From assembly GCA_013239625.1 (NCBI GenBank), contig MU054527.1, positions 310,001 through 374,000 of the forward strand: a stretch of DNA of 64,000 bases, written 5' to 3'. A program made the position numbers and the translations under genes. Below, one piece after another: positions 36,870 through 49,240 of the stretch (position 1 is its first letter; every line of letters begins with the position of its first letter). This stretch comes from Lama guanicoe. Taxonomy: Eukaryota. The notes under the pieces were generated by a model. It ran no database searches. It was given only the letters and a program-made list of their open reading frames with translations, and had not been told where the DNA came from.

Positions 36870-38515
36870 CCCTCGGGATGTGGATCTCTGAGTCCATGGT
36901 GTCTGGGGCTCTCTGTGACTCCTGTACCTGGACCGCTGTATCCTTCTGCAATGTCAGGAAGTTTTCAGCCATGATTTTATCAAATATGTTTTATTCTCCT
37001 TTCTTTCTCTCTCCTTCTTCTGGGACCCCCTTTCATGTGAATGTTCGTGTGCTTCAAGATGTCTGAGCGGTCCCATAAACTATTTTCATTAAAAAAATTA
37101 TCTGTTTTTCATTTTGCTTCTCTGATTGGGTGATTTCTGTTAATCTACTTTCCAGGTTGCTTCTGCATTATTCTGTGTCGTCTAATCTGCTACTATGTTA
37201 ATTCTTTCCAGTGTGTTTTTTATTCCAGCTATCCTGTTCTTCAGGTCTGGCTGGTTCCTCTGGAAGTTTTCTGGTTCTTTGTTAAAATTCTCACCGTGTC
37301 GTTCATTCTCTTCTCCGGTTCACTTTGCATTCTTAGCATCATTGCACTTAACTCTATCTAGTGAATTATTTATCTGTGTTTCATTAGGGGCTTTCCCAGC
37401 ATTTTCCCACGTTCTTTCCTTTGAGACACACTCCTCTGCCTTCTTGTTTGGTTTAACTTTCCCTGTGTCTGTGCATTTAGGTGGAATAGTGATCTGTCTC
37501 AGCCTTGAGTGTGTGTCCTCGTGGGGGGTCATCCCTGTGCGCTCTGTGTGCGCTCGCTGGCTTCCGCGGGGCAGCTGGAGCTGAGGTGAGCACAGGTCAC
37601 GCGTCCCCTCGGGGCCGCTGGCAGCCACCACCCTGATGTGAGATGCGGCTGGGATGGGAGGTAAAGCCGGATCCAAGTGTGAGCTGGGGCTTCTCCTGTG
37701 CTCAGCGCCATCACCAGCCCACCAGTGGGGGGGCAGTGCCGAGCTGCTGGAGCAGGGGCCTGAGAGTGCTGGATTCTCCCCGCGTGCCCCGGCAGGGCAG
37801 GTCCCACCTCGCTCTGGGACGTGGCCAGGGCCTCAGGGCCCGGGGCTGCGCCGCCGCGCTCGGCCCACTCCTTCCCCAGCGCGCGGGGCGCGGGCGCGGG
37901 CGCCGGGCGCGGGGCGGAGGGGGGGCGGGGCGGAGCGCCGGTGCCCCCGCTCCGAGCTGCCCCGACCCCGCCGGGGGGCACAGGGGCCCGGGCTCCGGAA
38001 GAGCCGCCTCCGCGCGGGGGCTGGGCCCACTCCCCCGGCGCGTGCGCAGGAATGCTTTGCCGGCCCTGGCTGCCTCCTCCCTGGCCAGAGGCGGGGTCGC
38101 GGCCTGAGCCGCCCCTGTGCGCTCCAAGCGCGAGCACTTCCAGTGCCAGCAGCAGCCTCTGCCTGCGTGGGAGGCCGCGCCGGAGTGAGAGGGTCCGGAG
38201 GGGGCGCCTGGTGCCGGCGTGGGGGTCCTCGGGGTGACGGCCAGCCCGAGGCCAGGCAGTTTCAGTGTGGTCCTCTGTGCTGTAGACCGGGCGGAAGCAA
38301 AGCAAGGCTGTGCGCTCTTCAAGACTGGAGTCTGGGTTTCTTACAGCCCTCGGATGAGCCCCACTGGTTTTGGAACCAGCTGAGGGGCTTCAGCCTCCTG
38401 GTGTCAGAGCCCGAGGCTGGGGCTCCTAATAGCCCCTCCTTCCCCAGGGAGGATCCATTGGCCTGTGGTCTCCCCCTGCTTTCCTGTACACCGTGCTCGG
38501 GGTGTGGTCCTAACA
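36870..38515 (-). mobile_element. L1 5' portion: degenerate ORF1 (about 36870-37500) and a very GC-rich 5' UTR (about 37500-38515)
   Basis: The minus-strand translation MAENFLTLQKDTAVQVQESQRAPDTMDSEIHIPR resembles L1 ORF1p (MAENFPNL..E..IQVQEAQR.P..). The 5' UTR motif 'ttggaaccagctgaggggct...tggtgtcagagccc' is present. Confidence 0.85.
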
Positions 38516-39589
38516 AACTTACTGAAGGTGTTGTCATCGCATTTTACTGCCAGGAGACTGGACCACAGAGAGTTTAAATGACTACGCCGGGTAGGTTCGG
38601 TCAAGATCTGGATTCAGGGGTGTCCGGTCCAAAGCTCACACATTTCTCTACTGTAGTTCCCTGTGGATTTCTATCAGCACCAATGAAATGAGTGAGTCGT
38701 CTCTGCCCTCAGGAGGCTCACAGACTATGGGAAAGGCGGGGAAAAAAAAAGAAGAAGAAAAAAAAAAAAGAACAAGGCATGTCTTATAAAGAGAGGCAGA
38801 GAGGAGATATGTGTGTCTGATGGGACGGGGGTAACTCATGGGAAAGGAAGATGATCAGGGAAAGCCAGAGGGAAGAGATGCCATTTGAACTTGGCCTCGA
38901 ATGATGAGTACTATTTTGAAGGTGGATTAGGGGAAACTTCCAGGGAGCATGAACAGTGTGAGGAAAGGTGCGGGGTGTGGACAGACAAGTGCTGAGGCGG
39001 AGGAGCAGCGGGGGGCTGGGACACAGGCGCACGACTGGGGGCCTGGGCATGGGCATGAGGCCTCGGGGGGCGCATTCTCCTCTGCCTCCAGTGGCGGGGT
39101 CCCTGCTCAGGCTCCCGTCCCTCGGCTGCACAGAGAGCGAATGCAGCCTCGCCCTGCCCCTGCCCTTGGGGAGCACGGCTGCCCCGCTGCCCAGCGCAGG
39201 TGGAGAGGCAGGAGGGCAAGGACGCAGAAAAGCCCGGAGACATAACCCATGAAGAAGCGTGTGAGGCCCAGGGGTGATGCCCTGGCTCCTGCGTCGTGGA
39301 TCAGCTCTGTGACCTCACGCAAGGCCCTTTGCCTCCCGCAGTGTTTCCGAGGGGGTCAACACCTGCCTGGCCCCCTTCTGAAGATAAACATTTTGAAAAG
39401 AAAATGAGATGATACGCAGATTTCAGACTGACCTGGGATTGCGATGTGCTGTTACAAATTTCCGCCTTCTTCACAATTTCACTGGGGAATGAATCGCTCA
39501 GTTTAAATTAAAAAAAGAAAAAAAATCAAAGGAGGCGGGAATGGAAAAGATCTGAAAAAACAGCCCAGCTCAGACAGAAGCCTGCACTT

Positions 39590-40420
39590 CTCGGAAGCCA
39601 CCACCGGAGGGCGCCACAGGCCACGCTAAGGCATCTCTGGCTGCCCTTCAGGCTCGGATTCCCGCGGCCCCGAATTTGGCCGTGCAGGGGCTTCGCAAGG
39701 GGCAGCCTCCCAGGAGCGCCAGCCTGACCCCTCGTCCGATTCCGACCTTGCACTAAGTAACTCTGATAAGTGGCCTTTACCTGGCCGTGAAGAACACTCT
39801 TTCTCTCCAGTTCCAGGGCCCGAATCCCCGTCTTTGTTCCGCGGGGAGGAGCAGGCGCGCCCCGGAGCTCGCCCGGCCGCTTCGGTCGTCGGGGCTGCGG
39901 CGCGCGGGGCCGGCCTGCCCTCCGCGCGGAGCAGCCCGGACGCAACAGCCAGCGACCCCGGCACCGCCCAGGGGGGCCCGGGCGGGAGGGAGGGGTGCTT
40001 ACACGGCCTGGCCTCCTGGGGCCTCGGCTTCCTCGCACGCGTCTGTGTTTCTCGAATGCAGTGATAAACCTTCGAGCTACATTTACTGGCAGTTCTATGG
40101 ACTCAGCAGAGAGCGAGCTGTCATCCACGCCCGGCCCAGGGCCCCAGACCCGGATGTGCGCTTAGCCACGCACCCTCTGTGTCTGGGTGGGCGCGGAGCA
40201 AGATGGGGCTGGGTTCAGGGAAGGGCCGGTTCCGGGGTGAACAGCGTGTGTTGCCACCAGTCGGATTCCCCGATGGGAGCAGGCAGACACGGGGCAGCGT
40301 CAGCGGGGCGGGAGGCCGAGCAGGAGGGTGGCAAGCCGTCATTCTCGGCAGGACTCGGGGGCCAGACAGGTTGGCAGGGCAGGCGGGGCCCTCAGAACTG
40401 GAGGCCGGCAAGGCCTGCTG
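39590..40420. promoter_or_regulatory. CpG-rich island
   Basis: Dense CpG, especially 39840-39990. No transcript structure identified. Confidence 0.5.
39599..39618 (+). promoter_or_regulatory. Candidate CTCF site
   Basis: CACCACCGGAGGGCGCCAC matches the CTCF core; CTGCACTTC lies just upstream. Confidence 0.55.
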
Positions 40421-41150
40421 GGCTCTGTTAGCTTGACCCCTGGGGCGTGAAGGCTGCCCCGAGCTGAGAGCCGACCAAGTCCAGGGTCAGGAAAACTGAC
40501 CTGCACACGCAGCCTCTCTCGCGTCTGCAGTGTCGGTGGCTGCTGTTCGTGCTGTCAGGACGGAGCTGCAACCGGGACTTCGCAGAGTCTAAAATACGAA
40601 TTCCTGACCCTTTACAGGAAAAGTGAGCTGATCCTTGGTCTGGCCTGACCCCTCCATTTTGGATGAGGAACGAGATGCTCAGAGACATGGAGGGGCCGAG
40701 CCCGCAGGAAACAGAGATGACAGCGTCCCGGGGTTCCTGTGACCGGGACTGACCGAGACACCAGTCTGAGCCCTTGCACCTTGTCTCCTGTTTCTCTAAT
40801 GACCCGAGAAGGGAGCAGCAGGCCACAGGCTGGCCGTTCTGATTAATTACAGTGACATTTGTTCACTCCGCTTTGGAGGGGATTCTGGCCACGTGTGGGA
40901 CACAGAGCTGGAGATGATGACATCGCGGTTATCCAGAGGAAGGGCCTGGTGAGGGAGGGAGGGATGGTTTTACGGACTTGCCTCCTGGGGCCTTGACTTC
41001 CTCGCACACGCCTGTGTTTTTTTAATGCAATAATAAACCCTTGATCTACATTTACTGGCAGTTTTATTGCTTCAGCAGAGAGAGAATTATCATCCACACC
41101 TGGCTCACGGCCCCAAGCTTAGGCACGCATTCTTTGTGTCTGAGACGGTC
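39965..41150. repeat. Diverged direct duplicate pair of ~230 bp (A about 39965-40195; B about 40935-41150), spacing ~970 bp
   Basis: A gapless core of about 136 bp (gcctcctggggcct...atttactggcagtt...tcatccac...ggcccca) is shared, with about 24 mismatches counted by hand. Confidence 0.9.
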
Positions 41151-41666
41151 AGGTGCCCGGACAGAGTCCTCCCTGACGCTGGTCTTCAGAGTCTGGGTGA
41201 CCAGACGAGCCTCAGCCGTACAGGTGGACTCCGCGCTTCTTCGAGAGCCTCCCCAGTTTAAGGTGCTATGATTTGTTTGTCCCAGAGCCAAATAATGCAG
41301 CCGGCCCCTCAGCCCCTAAATCAGCGAGGCCTGTAGGTGGAAGAACTCAGAATGAGAAATCACCAGGCTCAGAATGTCGGCAGCCCTCAGAATACACAGC
41401 ACTGCCCTCAGTTCGGCTCAGAGCCAAACCCGCCAAGGGCCTTCGCGTGGCTGGTGGAGGTGCCCCACCCAGCCAACCGGCTAAAACCCAACACGTCAAA
41501 TGTACTGGTTTCTGCTAGCTATTCATTTAACCAACTTGTTTTCTGTCTATTCAAGTATTAAAAAGAAAGTTGGATTTGCTTCTAGTCCAGCTCCCTGCTA
41601 TTTGCAGCTGAAGACTGAGGGTGGAGAGCAGAGGGAATTCATTCTACAAGAATGTATTTTCAAGTA

Positions 41667-41797
41667 GGGAGGCGTAGCTCAGTGGTAGAGCGCGTGCTCA
41701 GCACACACAAGGTCCGGGGTCCAGTCCCCAGCACCTCCTCTAAAAATGAAAACAAATGAGTGCACCTGATAACCTGTCCCCACAAGGGGATATAAAA
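41667..41797 (+). mobile_element. tRNA-Ala-derived SINE (camelid Vic-1 type)
   Basis: 'gggaggcgtagctcagtggtagagcgcgtgctcagcacacacaaggtccggggtccagtccccagcacctcc', then an A-rich spacer, 'acct...acct.tcccc' and a tail. Imperfect flanking repeat atgtattttcaa / atagattttcaa. Confidence 0.8.
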
Positions 41798-42399
41798 ATA
41801 TAGATTTTCAAACTTGAATAAATTCTTCGTGTTTTCAAAAATACTATATTCAAAATTTCTTTTCGTGTTGAGAAGTGCCCAGCTCTCCCACCGGCGTGAG
41901 ACGGAAACGAAGTTATTGGCTGCTGTGTAGGTCAGAGAGGGGGACTGTCTGGTCTTACCCAACTGCTCCCTCCGGGGCGGGGCGAAGGTGCGCCTTTCTG
42001 AGTAGTAGCACCATCATCATCTACTATCTTAGAGGCGCCACTCGCCAAACCCCATCAGCCCCCGGCTTCTACATGTCATGGAGCAGAAAGAGCGTAGGGT
42101 CAGGAGTCAGACCGGGCTTCAGATCCAGGGGCAGCCCGGGATGGGATGTGGTGTCGGGGCAGGGGTGCTGGGCGGGGACAGAGGAGACAGTGCGCAGGGA
42201 ATGGGGTGGATGCCACTGCAGCTGAAGAGGAGGACTGGGGACCTAGAACTGCAAATGGCAAACTGAGGAGAAGGGTGCTTTTTCCAGGGAGGAGCCCCTC
42301 TCACAGCCGTGGTCCCGGGCGGTCACAGCCTTTGATGGGTGATTGGGGCTGAAGCCGTCCAGCCGAGAGCAAGCTTCCCCTGGTGCCCAGGAGGCAGGG

Positions 42400-43560
42400 C
42401 CGCCCTGGGGGAGGCGAGGTGGGGGTGCAGCTTATGCGGAAGCCTCTGCGGGGTTGGCTGCTGGCCTTCCACAGCCGCCAGGGCAGCTCCCCACCAGGGC
42501 CTCACTGTGCTAAGGGGAGGCCTCCGGCGGCGCCGGGGCTCCGGGGGTGAGGAGCAGGTCGGCGCGTCCTCAACGGGTTCTGAGCCGACAGACAGAGGCG
42601 GGGCCGGAGGAAGCGGGGTTCGCGCAGCAGCGCCGGCCAGAGGGAGGTGCGGGCGGCGAGATCGGATCAAGGGGCGTGCGGGGTCGGATCGCTGCCGGAG
42701 GGAGCAGAGCGCGAGCGTGGGGCCCGGGCCTTCCCCCCTCCCCGGCCCCCGCCGCCCGCAGCCGGGAAGGGCGCCTGCGGCCCGGCTTCTGCGGCTGGCG
42801 GGGCGGGGCGCGCGTCTGCCTGCGAGGCCCGGGCGCGCTCGGAAGTCTCGGGGGGCGTCGGGGGGTGTCAGGCAGGCTCTGGGGGACTTCCTGGAGCCCA
42901 GGCGATGGGGGGGTGTCCTCCGAGGCCCCGAGGCGAGGAGGGGCGCGGTGCCGAGGTCCCAAGGGCTCGCGGCCCGCGACACCTGGCGGCGGGGGTTCCG
43001 CGCAGGGAGGGGGCGTGGATCAGGGCGGGTCCCAGGGGGTCCCCGGACTGGGAGGGGAGGCCCAGGCATTTAAGAGGTCGGGCGACCAGAGGACAAGGAT
43101 GCGGGGCCGGAAGCCTCAGCGCCGCGGATACGGAGCCCACGACGTGGGTTCTGACAACCATCAAGGGCGTTCGCATGGCGAGCTGGGGCGGGCGGTGGCC
43201 CGGGCGGGGACGCCAGACGCGGAGGCTGCAGAGCAGAGCGCGGGGAGCCAGCGTGGGGGGCGCGGCTCCTGCAGGGCGGGGGACCTACGAAGCGGAAAAC
43301 AAGGGGTCTTCGGTGCGGGGCTGGGGGGCAGAACTTGCGGGAGGCTTAGAGAAGCAGCAGGGCAGGCCTTTGGGGCGGGGAGGGATGGACATTTAGGGCA
43401 CCGAGGAGCGGTGAAGCGCTCAGGCCTTCGGCGGCGCGGTGGTCTCCGCGCGCAGAGCCGGGCACCGGCCCGCGGCCGCGGGGAGTGGCGCGCCCTCTCG
43501 CGGCCGCTTACAGGAGCGCAGAGGCTTTCCAGCATTTGCGCACGGAAGGCAAGAACGTTT
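42400..43560. promoter_or_regulatory. Large CpG island of unknown function
   Basis: About 1.1 kb of dense CpG with several GGGGCGGGG boxes. Confidence 0.6.
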
Positions 43561-44959
43561 ACAAAAGCAGACGAAGGACCTAAGGACCGGACAGAGGAAA
43601 GAGAGATACAGGGTAAGAGGGATGGAGAGCAAGGAAAGAGAAGTGAGAAAGAAGACTGGGAGGTAAAGGAGGAAGAGCAGAGCAGGACTGAGCTATTCTG
43701 AAGCTGGATCTGGAGGCAACCAGCCTGCCTTCCGCCAAGGCTGACAGGCTGCGGGCTGGACCCGTCAGAGGTCGAGGGTCAGCGATTCCCCGCACAGCGC
43801 GCCCCTCCCCCTCCCCCAGCAGGGCTGCAGGGACACGCTCGCTCCGATGTGGCGGTCCCAGCTGTAGCTATCACACAGGACGGAATATCGGCTAAAAATG
43901 AATTAGACATCTAGGAGAGAAAATAAAACATTTGCTCATTCTGAAAAACAGCCAAGTGCTTAGAAAGAAGTTGCAAAACCCACCTTGCTCTCAAGACCCC
44001 AGATGGAGACCCAAGGTGTAGCAACAGGAAAACAAGTCAGCGGTGGCTTTAACTTCTGTCCAAAGTGCCATTTTTAACTACGTAACCAAGTGGCTTGCTT
44101 TCTTTCATTCAAGTAGCTTTTGGTGGAATTAACAGTCTAGGGCCCAAGCTAGGGGTCATGCGCATCTTTCCTCCAGCAGAGTTTAGAGACAATTTCTCCT
44201 CTGGCCATGGTTTGCAAGAGAACACAGTGCTGAAACGAGGGGGCTCAGCCCTGGAAGGAAGACCTGTGTGGGGTGTGGGGGGTGACTTCCTCCTTTGCGG
44301 CGCTGACCTTTCCCCGCTCACTTTGGGTCTCAGCGGTGAGGCGCTTAGGCTGTTCCTTCTGGCGGCTACCTGAGGGCCACGCGGAAATGACTCGAGACCA
44401 CAGCATTACTGCCCACCCCTGCTCTCTACCCCGAGCCCTTCAGGAGCATGCGGTAGGCTCCCAAATGCCATATCACAAGAGACAAAACTGGGGATTGTGG
44501 ATTAAAGAACTTTCTTAAGAAGACAAAAATGATCGGCGATGTTCTGTGGATTAGATCCCTAATTCTTCTGAATTTTAGACAGTTGCCTTTTTTACTGCCC
44601 TCCCTGCCGAACCTGGAAGCACAGAGATTCGCGCTGCGGAGGTGAGGAGGTGAGGCGGGGGTGTGCTGCGCCTCCTGAGGCGTCTCCATCTTTCTCTTTC
44701 TCTCACTGTTTCTGGAGATTTAGAACAAGTGGCCATCTTTCTTGGATGCATTTAGTGTCAGCTTCACACCCTGGCCCTTGACATCTTAATTCCTTCAACT
44801 GGGATCACTTCCTTTATTTATTCTTTAACTTTTAAAATGTTAAGGCTCTGTGAATTAGGGGCTAGGGTCCCAAAACTAGTGACGGACATGGATGGAGGAC
44901 ATGGGTGGTTACTAATTACAGTAACTAAGGTGTGGTACCTGAATCAGCACAGGGATGTG

Positions 44960-46520
44960 CCAATAAAGCCAGGTGTCCAGAGGGGACAGCTTAATTTGTC
45001 TTGGAGGTAGGGCTTGACCCTAGAGGAGATCCAGTGACACTTTTAGCTGGATTTTGAAGGATGAATACAACAAATGGAGTGAGGGTTAAGGTTTCATGCT
45101 GGGCATTTCCCGGGAATAGGAACATCATATAAGAGTAAAAAATATATGTGTGTGTGTGTGTGTGTGTGTATACACACATATATGTGTATATATATATATA
45201 TGTCATGAGTGCAAATATTGTGATATATTTCATTAGAGCTACCACTTGGAATGAGAGAGAGGGCAGGAACAGAAGATGGGGAGGTGACGTTCAAAAGATA
45301 CAAGTGGCTGTTTTGGTTTTGTTCTGTAAGGCAGGGGGAGCCAATAGTTTTTTAGGAGGACAGAAGCAGCTATGCTTTGTTATTTCTTCCTTTTATGAAG
45401 TCTTAGGGTGCTACAGAGGATGGATTTAGGGGTGAGGTGGAGCAGAGGCTGGCAGTTGGGCGACCACGGGGGATGCTGTGTCAATGGTTTAGACAGAGTA
45501 ACTGAAAAATTTAGCATCATGGGACGCAGTATCGTTCAGTGACTAAGAGCATGGGTTTGGGGTCAGATAAGCCCCAGGCTGCAATCTGAGCTCTGTATGA
45601 TTTGGGGCAACTTGTTTAACTTCTCTTATCCTCCGTTTTCTGTTTTATAATAGTAGTTTGTAGGATTCAACTAGATAAAGTGTTTATTGTAGTTGGCACG
45701 GTGTTTGGCACATGGTCAGAGCCCCCAGTGCCAAGATGTCGAGCTGCGAAAAGGGCGTTAGGAGTAGAAGTCGGACACTTACTGTCTCTGCCTGTCACCA
45801 TCACTTACTTCACTTATTGTTTTCTTGGCGATAAGAAGGCTGGTTCAAGAGACAGGTTAGATGAAGCCTGTCTAGATAAGGAGAGAGAAGGGAGTAGAAG
45901 AAGTATGAGGTTACTGGCTAAAATGGTTGGTGACTGATGATGGTTTTATTAGCAAATGGAGAATTCAGAAGAAGGAGCTACTGGGCAGGGGTGGAGAGGG
46001 AAAAAAGTTTGATTTAAGCTTGGAGTCTCAGTTGCCAGCAACATTGCCACATGGTTTTATTTCAGAGGTAGATGATCAGGGCTGGAAATGCATACTTTTG
46101 GAGTTAGCAGCCTGAAAAGGATAATTGAGACTACGAATTAGTATCTATGCCCAAAAGATAAGAGGCTGAGGGTAGGACATTGAAGCCACACGTATAGTTA
46201 AAGAGTGAGTTCAGTAAGAGGGGCAAGACGAATCTGTTCATCACGGAATCTGGTAAATAGAAAGGGAATAACCAGAGAGGATCATGGACATGAAAGAAGC
46301 TACTTTTAGGAGGGAGCGCTCACCCGTGCCTGACTCCACCCTCTGCATTAAAACGTCAGAACAGGGCAAAGAACACTGGGTTCAAAAGGAAGAGATCCTT
46401 AGGGCCCTTTTAAGATTGTCTTCCGTAGATACCAGCGTAAATTTGAGGCAAGTAAATATAAGCGTGAGGAATGAGGAATAGACTGCTCTCCCAAGAAACT
46501 CAGTTTTGAAGGGAAGGTGC
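44960..46520 (-). mobile_element. L2 fragments with nested MIR (about 45525-45720) and TG/TA microsatellite
   Basis: 'ttttgaaggatgaata', 'gggcatttcccgggaataggaaca', 'cagggctggaaatgcatacttttggagt'; MIR 'gactaagagcatggg...ggggcaacttgtttaacttctct'. Confidence 0.6.
45143..45203. repeat. (TG)n/(TA)n compound microsatellite
   Basis: Read directly from the sequence. Confidence 0.9.
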
Positions 46521-46583
46521 ATGCACCTCTTAAGTTCAGGACTAGGTAGGGTTGAAGGTAAGAGATTTTTTAGCTTTACCTTT

Positions 46584-49240
46584 TTCTCTCCAAGCTTTTT
46601 GAGATGTACAGGACAAATAACTGTATGTGTTTAGGATGTCCACTGTCATGTTTTGATATTTGTATGCGTTATGAAATTGTTATCAGGTCCATCACCTTGC
46701 AGAGTTATGACTTTTTGTGTGGTGGAAACACTTAGGATCAACACTGTTATCAAATTTCCATATTCAGTCCAGTATTACTAATGATAGTCTCCATCTTGTG
46801 CATTGCATCTTCAGAACTTCTTCATCCTGCATGACTAAAGCTTTGAACCTTTTGGCCAACATCTCCACCTTCTCTCACCACCGCCACTCCACCAGCCTCT
46901 GGCAGCCACCGTTCTACTTTCTGTTTTTATGAGTTTAATTCTTTAGATCCTACACATAAGTGAGATCACGCAATATTTGTCTTTCTGTGTCTGGCTTCTT
47001 TTACTAAGCATAATATCCTCAGAGTCCATCCATGTTTTGCAAATGATAGGATTTCCTTTTTTTTTTTTAAAGACTGAATAATATATTTGTGTGCGTGCGT
47101 GTATCATATTGCCTTTATCCACTTATCCATCCGTGAGCACTTGGGTTGCTTCCACGTCTTGGTTCTCGCAAATAATGCTTGAATTAACATGCAGGTGCAG
47201 CTATTTCTTAGAAAAACATGTTTCTTTTCTTTTGGTTACATACCTAGAAGTGAGAGTGATGAATTACACGGTAGCTCCATTTTTAATTTTTAAGGAACCT
47301 CCATATTATTTTCCACAATAGTTGTGCCAATTTACATTCCCATCAATAGTATAAAAGGGTTCCCTTTTCTTCATTTCCCTGTCCACACTTTTATCTCTTG
47401 TCCTTTAGATAATAGCNNNNNNNNNNNNNNNNNNNNNNNNNNNNNNNNNNNNNNNNNNNNNNNNNNNNNNNNNNNNNNNNNNNNNNNNNNNNNNNNNNNN
47501 NNNNNNNNNNNNNNNNNNNNNNNNNNNNNNNNNNNNNNNNNNNNNNNNNNNNNNNNNNNNNNNNNTTTTTAAATCAGGATATTGATTGATTGATTGACTG
47601 ATTGATTGCTATTAGTTGTTTGANNNNNNNNNNNNNNNNNNNNNNNNNNNNNNNNNNNNNNNNNNNNNNNNNNNNNNNNNNNNNNNNNNNNNNNNNNNNN
47701 NNNNNNNNNNNNNNNNNNNNNNNNNNNNNNNNNNNNNNNNNNNNNNNNNNNNNNNNNNNNNNNNTTTTGCTTCCATTGCCAGTGTATTTGGTGTCATATC
47801 CCAGAAATCATTGCCTAGATCAACGTCAAGAAGATTTTCCATGTTTTCTTCTAGTAGTTTTATACTTTTGGGTTGTATGTTTGTATTCAATTCATTTTGG
47901 GTTGTTGTTGTTTTGTATATGGGGTGATATAAGGGTCCAATTTCATTTTTTTCTGTCTGTGAATATCTAGTTTTCCCAACAGGATTTACTGAAGAGATTA
48001 CCTTTTCCCCATTGTGTGTTCTTATCACTCTGGTCAAAGATCATTTTGTCATAGATACGTGGATTTATTTCTGGGCTTCCTAGTCTGTTTCCTTGGTGTA
48101 TATGGCTGATTTTATGCCAGTACCATGCTATTTTGATTGCTGTTGCCTTGTTGTATGTTTTGAAATCAGAAAATGTGATGCCTCTAGCTCTATTCTTCCT
48201 CAGAATTTCTCTGGTGATTTCATGTCTTTATGAATTTCATATGGTTTCAGGATTTATCTTCCTAGTTCTGTGAAGAACACATTGGGGTTTTGGCAGGGAT
48301 CGCATTGAATCTGCAGAAAGCTTTGCAGTACTGGCACTTCAGCAATATTAAGTCTTTGAATCCCTGAACACAAGATGTTTTTCCGTTTATCTGTGTCTCC
48401 TTTTGCTCCTTCATCAGTGTTTTATAATTTCACTGTACAGGTTTTTCATCTTTTTGGTTAAGTTCATTCCTAGATATTTTATTGTTTCATTGCTATTGTG
48501 GAAAGGAATGTATTCTCAATTTCCTTTTCAGATAGTTTGGTGTCTGTATATAGAAATGTGATCGTCTTTGGTATGTTGATTTTGCTTCCTGTAACTGTAC
48601 TGAATTTGTGTATTAGTTCTAACAAGTTTTGTTGTCTTTCTTGTTGCTGTTGCTTCAGAGTCTTTAGAGTTTTCTAAATATATGATATGTCATCTGCCAA
48701 CAGACAGGATTTTTGCTTTTTCTTTTCAATTTGGATTCCTTTTGTTTCTTTTTCTTACCTAACTGCTCTGGCTGGGACTTCCAGTACTATGTTGAATAGA
48801 AGTGGTGACAGTGGACATCTTTTCCTTGTACTGTATATGAGAAGGAAAGCTCTCAGCTTTTCCCCATTGATTATGGTGTTAGCTGTAGGCTTTTTATATA
48901 TGGCCTTGGTTGTGTTGAGGTAAGTTCCCTCTATACTTATTTTGTTGAGAGCTTTAATCATGCATAGATGTTGAACTTTGTCAAATGCTTTTTTCCATGT
49001 GGTATTTTTCTTTCTAAGGTGGTCACACTGATGCCAAAGCCAGAGAGACAAGGACAGAAACTATAGACCAATATCCTTGATGAACATAGATGCCAATATA
49101 TTTAATAAAATATTAGCAAACCAAATTCTACAACGCATTAAAAGGATCATACACCACGACCAAGTGGGATTTATCATTGGGCTGCTTCGAATTGTTCAAT
49201 ACACCCCAGTCGATCAATGTGATACGGCACCTTGATGGTG
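46584..49240 (-). mobile_element. L1 (L1MA/MB-like) ~2.6-kb insertion with 5' inversion: body on minus strand (46584-~48997), inverted ORF2 segment on plus strand (~49020-49232)
   Basis: Minus strand gives [46 protein letters not shown] (L1 RT). Plus strand 'acactgatgccaaagccag...ctatagaccaatatccttgatgaacatagatgc...aatgtgatacggcac' is the ORF2 segment immediately upstream. Candidate TSD ttaccttt at 46576-46583 and 49241-49248. Confidence 0.88.

Noticed and set aside
37529-38577. ORFs of 150-307 aa
   Set aside because: They lie in a GC-rich L1 5' UTR with multiple overlapping low-complexity frames.
39526-41097. Paralogous ORFs MDDSSLSAESIELPVNV... and MDDNSLSAEAIKLPVNV... as a small gene family
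   Set aside because: Both start at GTG, not ATG. The differences are largely non-synonymous, so the similarity simply reflects the DNA duplication.
41667-41740. tRNA-Ala-like sequence as a tRNA gene
   Set aside because: The T-loop/B-box is degenerate (GGTCCAGTCC), and a SINE-type tail and flanking duplication are present. It is a SINE.
42339-43701. Long ORFs (244-384 aa) on both strands
   Set aside because: They are by-products of extreme GC content (few stop codons): Arg/Gly/Pro/Ala low complexity, overlapping in several frames, with no recognisable domain.
47417-47764. N blocks (also 311-557, 24796-24918, 28218-28353, 60796-60977, 61051-61180) as biological features
   Set aside because: These are unresolved or masked bases. 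Those inside L1s appear to match the length of the missing L1 segment. ORFs through them are artefacts.
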